A stretch of 63,373 nucleotides of DNA, the filler included, from Lenisia limosa (taxonomy: Eukaryota; Protista; Breviatea), in the NCBI GenBank assembly GCA_001655205.1. It is 11 parts of 11 records of this genome, joined end to end, with 100 filler letters (N's around TTAATTAATTAA, not from the genome) between each part and the next. Parts side by side here need not be neighbours in the genome. Positions count along the whole stretch, not along the records: positions 22,306 to 43,638 come from LPNZ01008021.1; positions 43,739 to 47,016 come from LPNZ01008550.1; positions 47,117 to 49,200 come from LPNZ01002994.1; positions 49,301 to 54,250 come from LPNZ01011603.1; 7 more parts are not named here. One strand, given 5' to 3'. Each line of letters starts with the position of its first letter. Position 1 is the stretch's first letter. A program made the position numbers and the translations under genes. The notes beneath the pieces are model-generated. The model searched no databases and was not told the origin of the DNA. It was given only the letters and a program-made list of their open reading frames with translations. Shown in pieces: positions 38,001-49,339 of this stretch.

Positions 38001-41000
38001 GAGCGTCCCATCAGAATATTACCGTCTGAACAAATCAAAAGATTGACAAAAATTGGTTTTTTCAAAAATAATAATAATATCAGATATCGGACAAATTTCA
38101 GATATATATTACTACATATACATATGATATTATATGATATGGATGTCAAAAAACGAACACTTCTGAAATCGCATACTGGCATAAGCAGGAACATCAAGGT
38201 AGTCCATGCCGGCTTGCTCGAGGTCAGCCTAGTGGAGGTGACAGAAGCAAGGAGATAAAAGGACATACAGTGACCCTGGTCTTGACCGATTTGCTATGTT
38301 TTCTCAACGAAAATCGGTCAAGACTTACCAGTCACAATATTTGTTTACAATATGGAGGGGGGGAGTCTCTTAAAAGAACAGACTTGTATTTAGAGTACGA
38401 ACAGTTTTGCCCTTAATTATAAGGATTGTAGGTTGTATCTAGTGCTCCGTGCAAATTTTGAAGTGTCACACACTGTAAACTCAATTTGAGACATTTTACT
38501 TCAAATTTTGTTAATTAATTTCTTCACAAAATTAATTGCACGGAACCCTAGTTGTATCCTTTGTTGTTGATTATTTACAGGATAATGGGTCCAACCTGTA
38601 CGGCTGGTGACCCGGTTCCCTTGAATCCGCTTTTTGCGTAACCAAGGTCAATGAGAAGTGAGGCACCGCTACAAAGGAATCCGCAAGGACGGCCAATCTA
38701 CAGGAATGTTAATACTAGATTATATGTAGTATTACGCATATCGGATAGTTCAAGGGCAAAAGATCTGAAGCGAATTTCGTCTTCAGGAAAAAAACGAGCT
38801 AAAAAGGCGAAAGGGAAGTTAACTCTAAGGATTATGTCTTGACCGATTTGCAATGTGATTTCCCAGGAAAATCGGTCAAGACTTATCCCGGTCACTGTAT
38901 ATCATATCATATGTACGTATGATGGTTAAAAGAGAGGATAATACAAAGAAAAAGGGCTGTCGAGCTCAGGTTTGAGATAATGACGATTTAAACAAACGGG
39001 TTAATAGATCATATCCACAAGCCCTCCAGTTCTAACACAAAAACCCAAACCCCGTCATAATACTAAGAAAAGAGGCAGTGCTCGGAAGATGGTAAAAGGC
39101 AGATATATAATATCATATCATACTACTACATAATATGATATGATATGTATTATTTATATATCATATACTGTATATACATACTAAATGATATCAATGCATA
39201 TAGAAAATACTTATAAAACCCAAGCCCACGTCGATTTGGTGGGCCAACATGTCGACCATGTGTGAGTCAGCACGAACAGCTGAAGCAAGAAATGAGTACG
39301 TATGTGTTGATGATGAATCAAATAAGCCCTTTGGGTTTAACAAATGCTTATTCAACAGAGTTGACTCTGAGTTTTTTTTACCCCCCCCCCCCCCCNNNNN
39401 NNNNNCCCTGCATTAAAACTCATTACTAATAATAAGGCTTCACTTCGGTTCAAAAAAAGACTGAATTTTTCTATAAATCCTCGAAAACTATCGGTAATTT
39501 ACCGTTCTTTTTCGAACCGAAGTAAACCCTTAATTGCTAGCCCAACCATTAGAGTCAAGCCCTCATTACTAGCCCAACCATTAGAGCTCCAGACGCCGCC
39601 GGCAACATAGATGAAGTCATAGTCGTTATGTTGGGCCTCTTGGGAGGTGATGGCCTTCAGGAGTAAAATTGGAGTAGGGGGGGGGGGGGGNNNNNNNNNN
39701 NNNNNNNNNNNNNNNNNNNNNNNNNNNNNNNNNNNNNNNNNNNNNNNNNNNNNNNNNNNNNNNNNNNNCATTGGGGGTTAGAGCAGAAGGGGGATTGCGA
39801 AAGAAGGGAAAGGAGGGAAGGGGAAAATATCATTGGACTACCAAAAGTGAGTTTTTTCCCAGAGAGTTCAGGCTCGCCTGGACCTCAGTGATAATACAGT
39901 GAAAGATGAAAAGAAAAAAGATGAAAGAAAGATTGAGAACTCTGTTAACAAGGGGAAAACCGAAAAAGCAACCCCCCTCACCATTATCATGATCCTCTCA
40001 CCTTAATAACACGTATAATCACCCCACGCTAATCTCAACAGGTTTTACTACCCCCTCTCCAGTTAACAAGCTGACCTCCAGACTAGGGCTTCAATTCGGT
40101 TCGAAAAAAGTCCGAATATCTCAATAAATCCTCGAAAACTATCGATGTTTCACTGGTCATTTTCGAACCGAAGTGAACCCTTACCAACACCCTCGCCCCG
40201 TAGACAAGATCAAACCCCCTCCCCCAACGTATTAGTAGCATAATATGGCCCGCTCTTACTCACTATCTTATTGCTCTTACTCACTATCTTATTGCTCTTA
40301 CTCACTATCTTGCCGCTCTTACTCACTATCTTATTGCTCTTACTCACTATCTTATTGCTCTTACTCACTCTCTTGCCGCTCTTACTCACTATCTTGCCGC
40401 TCTTACTCACTACCTTGCCGCTCTTACTCACTCTCTTGCCGCTCTTACTCACTACCTTGTCCCACCTTGACAACACCAGAAGGCACAATGAACTCGCAAA
40501 GAACCAGTTGACTCAAATGGGTGCTTTCCATCTGTTCCGTCGGAATGACCACGTCCACTGCGGCTCCGCGGCTCTGGAAGAAAATGTACGGGAACTGGGG
40601 GGGGGGGGGGGNNNNNNNNNNNNNNNNNNNNNNNNNNNNNNNNNNNNNNNNNNNNNNNNNNNNNNNNNNNNNNNNNNNNNNNNNNNNNNNNNNNNNNNNN
40701 NTCTGTTGGCCAAAAATATTTGCGAAACACACGGGGGTAACCCCCACTCACTTCTATTTTTGTCCTTTCCCCTCACTTCGATTTCGATATCTTCCACGAA
40801 GTCTCCAGCGAAGAGGGCAATGCGATAATTGGCGTACTGGAGAGATGATAAATAAAAAAGCGGGGGTATACTGTGGAGAGATGAAGTAACCGAAGCAACC
40901 GGACCAAAAAACACAGAATGCTGGTTATCGGAACCCAAACAGAAGCCAACCTGAAGAGGGTCCTTGACAGGTACCTGGGTGTGGTTGTAAGAGGGATCCA

Positions 41001-41489
41001 TGCCTCGCATGTTGAAGTCGTCCATCGTCTGCGTATCCATTAAAAAGGCATATCGAAGGATTAGTTTTACAAATGTTTCTGGTGGTGAATTTCGGTTACG
41101 AAGTCTTTTTTTCTTCACTGCTTTATAACGTTTTTAGATATCATCCAGAAATGAGCAGGGACCTTGTAAGGACCCAGGAGCAGCGTCGAAATTCAAAGAG
41201 GATGTTAATTCAATTCAATTCAGTAATTCAACTCCGACAGATTCAGGTAGTAGAAGGGAGAATAGGGATTATATGACGATATAAACAATTATAAACTTAT
41301 AACCAAGTTATTCATGCTACATAAGAAGGGATTGGATGAGCTAGGTGTGCGGAACACACGAGAGCTGCTGGTATTTGAGAGAAATGATTCCGCTATGCCT
41401 CCCACTTGAACATCCTCAATGGGTTTCCAATGATTTGTGGCAAGAGAAGAAAATACAAGGCAGAGGCCAAGTAGAAGAAGCTTCAGCAT
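35028..41489 (-). CDS. Secreted DJ-1/PfpI-family protein with two tandem PfpI-like domains
   Basis: Signal peptide MLKLLLLGLCLVFSSLA. Domain 1: YRIALFAGDFVEDIEIE-FPYIFFQSRGAAVDVV...DYDFIYVAGG...GRPCGFLCSGASLL...ADLEQAGMDYLD..DGNILMGRSP. Domain 2: FNIVASIG...VVGGFWCSGVVRGD...NKGVIATVHSGAQVL. Some phases in domain 2 are unresolved. Confidence 0.75.
36938..37200 (-). repeat. Family E/G: ~60-140-bp intronic repeat ending ...TTTCATAAATTTTCCAATTTTACTCCCCCCCAG; ~20 copies
   Basis: Consensus GTGATGGGATGCGGTGCTGCAGAAGCGACTGGCCTGGGCTTTG...GTCAGCCAACAGAGTTGATTTGGGCTTTTTTTGTTTCATAAATTTTCCAATTTTACTC(C)nAG. Copies at ~84-303, 6569, 10016, 10440, 28590, 28960, 35545, 39660, 40600, 52500, 52970, 54351, 59320, 60148, 61573, 61930, 62110 and 62660. 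Confidence 0.85.
38440..38550. mobile_element. Family C: ~110-140-bp hAT-like MITE (TIR TAGGGCTCCGTGCAATT)
   Basis: Perfect 8-bp TSD GTTGTATC on both sides. Other copies at ~6275, 24310, 52684, 54718 (CTAGCAGT/CTAGAAAT), 59461 and 59794. Confidence 0.88.
40251..40456. repeat. 21-bp minisatellite (CTCTTACTCACTATCTT[ATTG/GCCG])n, intronic
   Basis: About 10 units; explains the spurious repetitive ORFs at 40210-40828. Confidence 0.92.
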
Positions 41490-42575
41490 CGAAAGAATCT
41501 CTGTTGGGGACTGTGTTGGACTCTTTTCTTCCTTCTCTGACTAGAGATAAACAACTTATACGACTATACGTTACTTAACTCTTGACTTAACCTACAAAAT
41601 GAAAATGACAAAAAGAGGCATCTTGTGTCAGGAAAATGTAATAAATGTAAAAATATGTAACATGGCAATTCACACCATACAATAAGTTTGACAACAAAGT
41701 CTCGAGCACAAGTGACAAAGTGCACAAGAGGAGTTGAGGAGTTTGCGAAGAGAAAAACAGCGAGGAACACCCAAGGAGGAATGATACGCACACCTTGTCC
41801 CTGAGCCTTTCCTTTGCCTTGCCTTTTATCTTCCCTTGGCCTCTTGAGGTAATTGAGGGATAAAATAGATTCTTCAAACAAGCAAGCTTAGGGTGTTAAT
41901 AGTCAAATGCGGGGTATGATTTGTTTCTTTTGATCCTGCTTTTCCTTTCATCAGTTTTCCATGACCCGTCTCAGCGTATTCTTTCTGTCCTTCATAAAAG
42001 GTTAACTCGAGGTGTGTTAGATAAAGTATATTTTGATTGGTTTTGTTTANNNNNNNNNNNNNNNNNNNNNNNNNNNNNNNNNNNNNNNNNNNNNNNNNNN
42101 NNNNNNNNNNNNNNNNNNNNNNTATACATATCGATGTTTATATTTATCATATCTAGTAATATATAATATAATATATATCATACTATATTATATCATATAT
42201 ATTGGGTAGAAAGCGAGTTTTTCGCTTTTCAACTGTTGTGGCACAACACCATTTCATGAAACTATTCTAATAAGTCCAAAGGAATGCCGATGTTACCAAA
42301 CTATCAAAGGATGTTAGATGAGTATGAAGAAGCTTCTAGAAAAATACAAGCTAGGAATCTAGGAATATAAATATAACATTCAATAGAATATAATATACAT
42401 ATCATATCACCAAATAAGAACAAATTCTAGATAGCATATATCCTCGATACATATTTAAATATGGATAGTGCTGGTTTCAACTGTGATATTATTTTTTCTC
42501 TAGTTTTTGAATCACATTTATCTAGCCCCCAATAACCGTGTAGCTTGTTGATTTGAAGTCCCCCACAAGCTCTTG

Positions 42576-43480
42576 TCATTTCACAACAAACGCTTCCGAT
42601 CTTTGATCTTCCGCCACCGCCGCCGTAGCTGCTGGGCCTTCAGGGGCGTCCCAATATCGTGGGGGATCGGGGTGGTGGTGAATTATTTGTGTTTGTGTTC
42701 TACATATCTTTAACNNNNNNNNNNNNNNNNNNNNNNNNNNNNNNNNNNNNNNNNNNNNNNNNNNNNNNNNNNNNNNNNNNNNNNNNNNNNNNNNNNNNNN
42801 NNNNNNNNNNNNNNNNNNNNNNNNNNNNNNNNNNNNNNNNNNNNNNNNNNNNNNNNACATTTTTATCTTCTCTTGCCTGTGTTTCTATCAAGTTTTTGGG
42901 CTGTTTCTCAGCATCTGTGTTTCTATCTGAAATATCATCACAATAAGAATATTTTTCGGGCCTGGAATATGTTATTGTCACGACTGAGAATTATCGATGT
43001 TTTATAGAGGATTTATCGAGGATTTATCGAGGATTTATCGAGGATTTATCGGGAATTTATCAAGGTTATTGAGGATTTGTTGAGGATTTAGTTTTTTTCG
43101 GAACCGAAAGTGAAGCTCTGTTATTGACACCATTAGGAACACTCTCCTAGAACATGCGAAACAAGCCAAACGCGAGCAGTTATACCTTGCTATTCAGGCT
43201 AATGTGGGGGGGNNNNNNNNNNNNNNNNNNNNNNNNNNNNNNNNNNNNNNNNNNNNNNNNNNNNNNNNNNNNNNNNNNNNNNNNCAAACAATATTGTACT
43301 TTGCTTTCCAGGCTAATATGGGAAGGGTTGAAGGGGGGTTAGAGTATTTATTTCAGAAGTGGAGAGTGTGAGATGTGGGGGAGAGGGGAGGGATATCCTG
43401 TGGTGGATGGTATGGATACCATACCAGGCCGTATGTGATGGAGATTAATCCTGGGAGATTGATCGGAGTAATCCAATGGA
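42576..43480 (-). CDS. Possible terminal exons of an unknown gene
   Basis: AG-flanked frames DRNTDAEKQPKNLIETQAREDK and DAPEGPAATAAVAEDQRSEAFVVK*. No homology recognised. Confidence 0.3.
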
Positions 43481-44115
43481 TAAGTAGGGCGGTTCAACAA
43501 ATACTGGTAAAATATCGTTAGTTTAGAGGATTTATCGAGAAATTCAGTCTTTTTTTTCGAACCGAAGTGAAGTCTCACTGAGTCAGTATGAAAGGCGTAT
43601 AATATTAATCATTTAGGCAACCGTGGTATCACTGAGAGNNNNNNNNNNNNNNNNNNNNNNNNNNNNNNNNNNNNNNNNNNNNTTAATTAATTAANNNNNN
43701 NNNNNNNNNNNNNNNNNNNNNNNNNNNNNNNNNNNNNNACCCGACAGGTCGGGTGAATTATTCGGGTGAATTCTGAGTGCCTTTATGTGTCTTTTTAATC
43801 AAACAAAACTGAGGAAAGCTAAATTGAGGTACTTAACTATCAAATGAGCAAGAAAAATACTACTAAAAAAAAATGAGTTTCAAACTGTAAAAGAGGGGTC
43901 TGAAAAAAAAAAACGGAGAAAAGGGACAATGAACTGAACTGGGTTTGAAGAGAGACTATTCTAGAAAATTCCAAAAAATATTTTTTGTCAAAAATTGCTT
44001 TTCCAGTGTTTGTTATTGAATATTATGTCAAAACGATGGGTTGAAACGGATTTAATTGCGGATTTTTGGGTGTTTCTAAAAAGCGTTCGCGTTCATGGGA
44101 GTGTTCGCGTTCATG

Positions 44116-44599
44116 TATAGTCACCTAGTTAAAACCGCGAACATGATTAAAACCGCGAATGAGTAAAACCGCGAACAAAAAGGAGGCTTTTCTTTCAATT
44201 TTTGAGCCAATATGCTCCTTATTNNNNNNNNNNNNNNNNNNNNNNNNNNNNNNNNNNNNNNNNNNNNNNNNNNNNNNNNNNNNNNNNNNNNNNNNNNNNN
44301 NNNNNNNNNNNNNNNNNNNNNNNNNNNNNNNNNNNNNNNNNNNNNNNNNNNNNNNNNNNNNNNNNNNNNNNNNNNNNNNNNNNNNNNNNNNNNNNNNNNN
44401 NNNNNNNNNNNNNNNNNNNNNNNNNNNNNNNNNGAAAACGTTCTTGCACCATCAGATTTTATTTTTTCCACTCTTGAGTAACCTAGAGGCATTTAAGTAG
44501 AGAATACGAGACAAATTGGGTGATATTGAAGCGATTTATGGCGATTTTTGGCTTGTTCGCGGTTTTAATCATGTTCGCGGTTTTAAACACCAACGTATA
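44116..44599. mobile_element. TIR element (pogo/Tc1-like MITE), ~480 bp, centre masked
   Basis: Perfect 31-bp inverted repeat TTAAAACCGCGAACATGATTAAAACCGCGAA at 44129-44159 and 44556-44586, built from a repeated AAAACCGCGAA motif, with TA near both ends. Confidence 0.8.
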
Positions 44600-44689
44600 T
44601 ACTGTTTCTGTTTTGGAATTGGGATAGTTTTTATTGTGGTATTTTTTCTTCTATTACTTCGCTGTGAAATTGTCTAATTGTTCAGACAA

Positions 44690-46900
44690 GGCCCTTGGTA
44701 ATTAGCTACCTCCCTGTCGGTAACGAACCTCCTCTCCTTGTTTGGCCAGGAGTGGTCCTCGTCCATGAGGTCACCGTTACGGCACCAATCCTAAAGAATC
44801 ATTTTGATCAAGCAGAGAGAGATTCTTTTATTATGAAATAGAAAAGTCAAAAACATGTTACACACAAATTATAGGAGTAAACCAACCCTAGAGAGGCTTG
44901 GGGGAAGAGTATCCCTCCTGAGGGGGCGAAAGTGAGAGTCAACTGCGATAATGGAAGACGGAAGTGGTGGTATCAGGCTGTTGTAGCCCATGGACTGAAT
45001 TTGGTTATTTCTTTTTATAAATTTCAATAGAGCACAGAAAAGAATAGCATATACTATTAATATGAGCCTAAATAAAACAACCCAACCAACTAGTTCTCGC
45101 TTTCGCTTTCATACCTTGGAATAGCGCGTGTCAGCACTGATGATGATCTCCTTTCGGTAGCCCTTGATAAAACTGTCGTAGTGCTGCAGGGTTAATAACT
45201 GTGACAAACATCTCCCCCCTCCCACGAGGCATAGCCGAGTGAGAACGATGGAATTCCTGATACATATTGATACTTTTTGGAATTGAAGCTCAGGTAATGA
45301 ATATTATAAAATATAATATGGGTAATTATTGCAGTTGTATCATTATTCCTGTAAACCTGTATTAAATTTATCTACATATTGCCGTTTTTATGGTTTTCAT
45401 TTGCGACTTTTAGCGTCTTGCCACGGATCCACCCTAATAATGCGATAGAATATTGCTAATAATGTAATAAATAGGCAGATTTTGGAGCTTTATGTCTTTT
45501 AGCCTTAGCCGATGATTTCCAAGTGTCGGGTTTTAGGTTGCGAAAGCAAGTCAAGAGCGCTGTGAGGAAAAGTCCGCAGAAGCATCGCAAGCAGGATTGT
45601 TGGTATGTGTGGTATGTATTTTTTTTTATCACACCAGAGTGAAGTCAAAATCATCACCCCCTACCCCTCACCCCTCCCTCTTTGTTTTAGTTTCTACACC
45701 TAAACTATCAACTGCGATCTTATACTATCATTTTGGATTTGGGTATGTTGTTTTATTTGTGATGTGGGAGCGGTGGGGGGGGTATAGTCTAGTAGAAGTA
45801 TTTATTAAAAGTACATAATATATGTCAACCAAAATCCTACACTATTTATCTGACAAACTTTCCTCTACCCTCCTTGATTTGACGCCAATCTAAAATTTAA
45901 GTGTTCTATCCATTACCCAGAGCTTGCTCAGTCAAGAAATGTCGAAAGACAGTGCCATCAAAAGATACGATATTTATTATATATACTACTATGTTTTTTG
46001 AAGAGGGGGATGACGTTTCATCCCCTTGTTTCGAAGCAGCATTAATATCTCCAGCCCCATCCTCTATTTATTTGGACAACTTAAAGACCATAGATTCGGA
46101 TGAGGCAATATGTGAGAAAGTTTTTATTTTTGATTGAATGTGTGTTTGGTTTATTGTTGACTCACATTAAAGAATGACCGCGGAGACCCTGGAGACGTGG
46201 CAGATTGGGTCCTCAACTCGTGGTCAAACGTATGGAAATGGCGTATCCACATATAAAAAGAATGGATGCAGCTAAATTTACTTTCACTTTTTCCTTATTT
46301 TTAGGGGAATATAACTTGTTACAGAAACACAACAATGGGGTTACCAGGATGGAAACTTGAGTGCATATCGGCTCTTTCAAGGGCACGGGGAGGAGCATAT
46401 CCAAGCCTTTGTAGCGGCCTCGCCCCTTCGAGTTATTGTCGGAAAGAGGGCTGCGCCAGCCGAGATCGTGAACTTCTGGGCCCAGGCGGCCTCGTTCACA
46501 GAACCTGATGATATTGGCAGATTTTCGCGATTCTTGGAACAAGTTCTCATTTGTAACTAGTTCTGCAACGGTACCGACCTCCAGTATGCAAGTTGACATG
46601 CACCAAGTGACCACGCACAATAGTATCAAGACCGGCTGTCAGCCTGGTTGACCTTTGTTATCACCCAACAAGGAAGTTTGTTGCCGTGTGGAGGCAGCTG
46701 GAAGTGGGCGCTCATGTCTTGGAATTTCTTCGAGACCCCTCACAAGGCGTCAATGTGTGCGTTAGTTGGATGTTTGTGGAAGAAATCCACCTCAGTATCA
46801 GTGAGAGCTTGATGATAATTGGCAATAGCCATCCAAGCGCCCTTCGCAGCCTTGGCGTCACCTCCTTTAGCCACCTTGATAAGGTCGATAAGCTCCTGGG
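44690..46900 (-). CDS. Unknown multi-exon protein (fragment)
   Basis: GT-AG exons encode ELIDLIKVAKGGDAKAAKGAW, LLTLQHYDSFIKGYRKEIIISADTRYSK, SMGYNSLIPPLPSSII and DWCRNGDLMDEDHSWP. Confidence 0.45.
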
Positions 46901-47139
46901 TATTCAGGATGCATGAATAAAGTGCAGTGTGGTGGGGAGGGAGGAGAGGAGCAGAGAATACTGAAGCAGAGTCTGGGAAATGGGAGGCAAGAGTGGATGG
47001 GGTGATGGTGACGGATNNNNNNNNNNNNNNNNNNNNNNNNNNNNNNNNNNNNNNNNNNNNTTAATTAATTAANNNNNNNNNNNNNNNNNNNNNNNNNNNN
47101 NNNNNNNNNNNNNNNNCCCCCCCCCCCCCTCCCCTCAGC

Positions 47140-48840
47140 CATATAATGTTCGTTTTATCCCCGTACCAATAGATCTGATTGTGGGACTTTTTTTTGTGAC
47201 ATATAAATCGTCCACTTTTACTCTCCCAGCCCATTACTCCCCGGAATCTGTTCGAAAACCCGCAGTCGTTCCATCCCTACACCTAGCGGCTTCTCTTGAT
47301 GCTCCTGAGGTCCCTATGAAATGTACGTTGCTTATTTATTACGTGCATGATGTCGGATTGGGGTTCTGATTTTATCCCCTTGCTAGTGTCTTGGATACTG
47401 ATTTTACGTCAGTTTACGTAAAATCAGTGTACCCGAACGGTCCCTAAGAGGAAAATTTCTACTATGAATGAAATCTTGGGTGTATTAATACTATGCTCTT
47501 TTATTTTGAAACGTTTGTGTCTACAATAGTACATATCTCTGATAAAGGTAAATCGTGGATGGCTTTGACATTTACAAAGTTTACAAAGTTTAATACGATA
47601 AGGACCGTTTACGGCATATTCCCAGCAGTTTACCTTACCTTTCAAGTTCTTCTATTTTTTGAGTTGTTTTTCTTATTGAATTTAGTTGAACCGCAGTCTC
47701 CTCCTATCGAATCCGTGGAAGCGTTGGGGGCTTGTTTTTTTTTATATTATCAGATTATTCTGCNNNNNNNNNNNNNNNNNNNNNNNNNNNNNNNNNNNNN
47801 NNNNNNNNNNNNNNNNNNNNNNNNNNNNNNNNNNNNNNNNNNNTTTTTTTTTACTTTGTAGTACGTCAGCGCATAGTAGCCCCTGGGACTCTCCAGAATC
47901 CAACCGCACCCCCACAATATGTGAGCACAATATTCTATTTTTTTCCCCTTTTCATCAGAGAAATATCTTTTTTTTAATGATTAATACACTCCAGAACCCA
48001 ATCAAACCCCCACAATCTATGAGCAAAATATATTTTTATTATAATAATTTTTAATCTGCCATTTCCCACAACACACAATAAAATTTTAATTAATTTTCTT
48101 CTTACATCTATAATAAGATAATAAGACTCTCACACACACACCACCCCTCCAAAACCCATTTCAACCCACTCACCCCCTAGTATCCCTACCAATTTCGCCC
48201 ATAACTCAAGTGACCGCTACACTTGATCGTTCAACAGTGGAGCCAAAAGAGAAACCTCTCACTGACTGGACGGCTAATTCCAAAGAAAACGCAGTATTTC
48301 AGAGAAGTGATAGTTTTGACGTTTCTCTCGCTCGCGACTTGCATCAATTACATGAAAAGTTACATGAAATCCAATCCCGCCCCGAACCGGCTGAACTGAA
48401 CACTCCCAATGACTTGCATGACTTACATGATGATTTACATCAGTTACATCGAACACCGGATTCTATATCACCAGGATCTCGTACGCCTGACCACCCAGGG
48501 CCTATTCAGGGTAGGGGTAAAATAACCGAATTGATGAGGGCTATTTTTTCAAAAAACGATAAATAGTAGCGTCGAATGAACTTGGGATTCCCTAATAGTA
48601 TTTGGGAATCATAAAATATATATTTCATTAGATTTTGCATTGGATCCTATGTAACTATTGAAAATCCTAACTATTTCATATGAATCCCAAATGTATACAG
48701 GTAAAACCCCTCTCCATCCCGCTTATATTCTCCCCCTAAATTCCCCAGGATTCTCCCCGCGCCCTCCAGTCAAGCCACTTTTGCCCAAAGCGCCGCGTCC
48801 GACCGGCTCGCTGCCTCCCATCAGGAACGTCAAACCTAGG
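47140..48840 (+). CDS. Unknown Pro/Ser-rich multi-exon protein (fragment)
   Basis: Exons encode HYSPESVRKPAVVPSL, SSPWDSPESNRTP, TLDRSTVEPKEK...DLHQLHRTP...PIQ (48210-48510) and GKTPLHPAYILPLNSPGFSPRPP. Confidence 0.5.
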
Positions 48841-49339
48841 TTGGGGCATTTCTATGATTATTTCACAATTTATCAGAAATGTTAAACCAGGTTAAAGGGG
48901 AGGGGGGTTCTTCCATGTTATATTTTTCATGTACATTCTTCCATATTATATTGTTCATGTATACATGTTGAGTACATATTCATTGATGTACATATGATAT
49001 TCATAGATGTTCATCCACCCATCAGAAACGTTAAATCAAAGTTAACGGGGCATTTTTATGATTATCAGTAGGGCTTTACTTCGGTTCAAAAAAAGACTGA
49101 ATGTCTCGATAAATCCTCGAAAACTATCGATATTTTCACGATTTTTTTCGAACCAACCGTTGTTATTCTAAAAACAATTTCATCTTCCACACTCAATATC
49201 NNNNNNNNNNNNNNNNNNNNNNNNNNNNNNNNNNNNNNNNNNNNTTAATTAATTAANNNNNNNNNNNNNNNNNNNNNNNNNNNNNNNNNNNNNNNNNNNN
49301 GACGTAATACATACATAGAGTATATATAAACAATTTATG

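Noticed and set aside
40210-40828. Poly-Leu and SKSGK repeat ORFs
   Set aside because: They derive from a 21-bp intronic minisatellite within the PfpI gene.
41560-42370. Small plus-strand gene (RILSVLHKRLTRGVLDK; SKGMPMLPNYQ...)
   Set aside because: Only two plausible exons, with no start or homology. The evidence is too weak to report.
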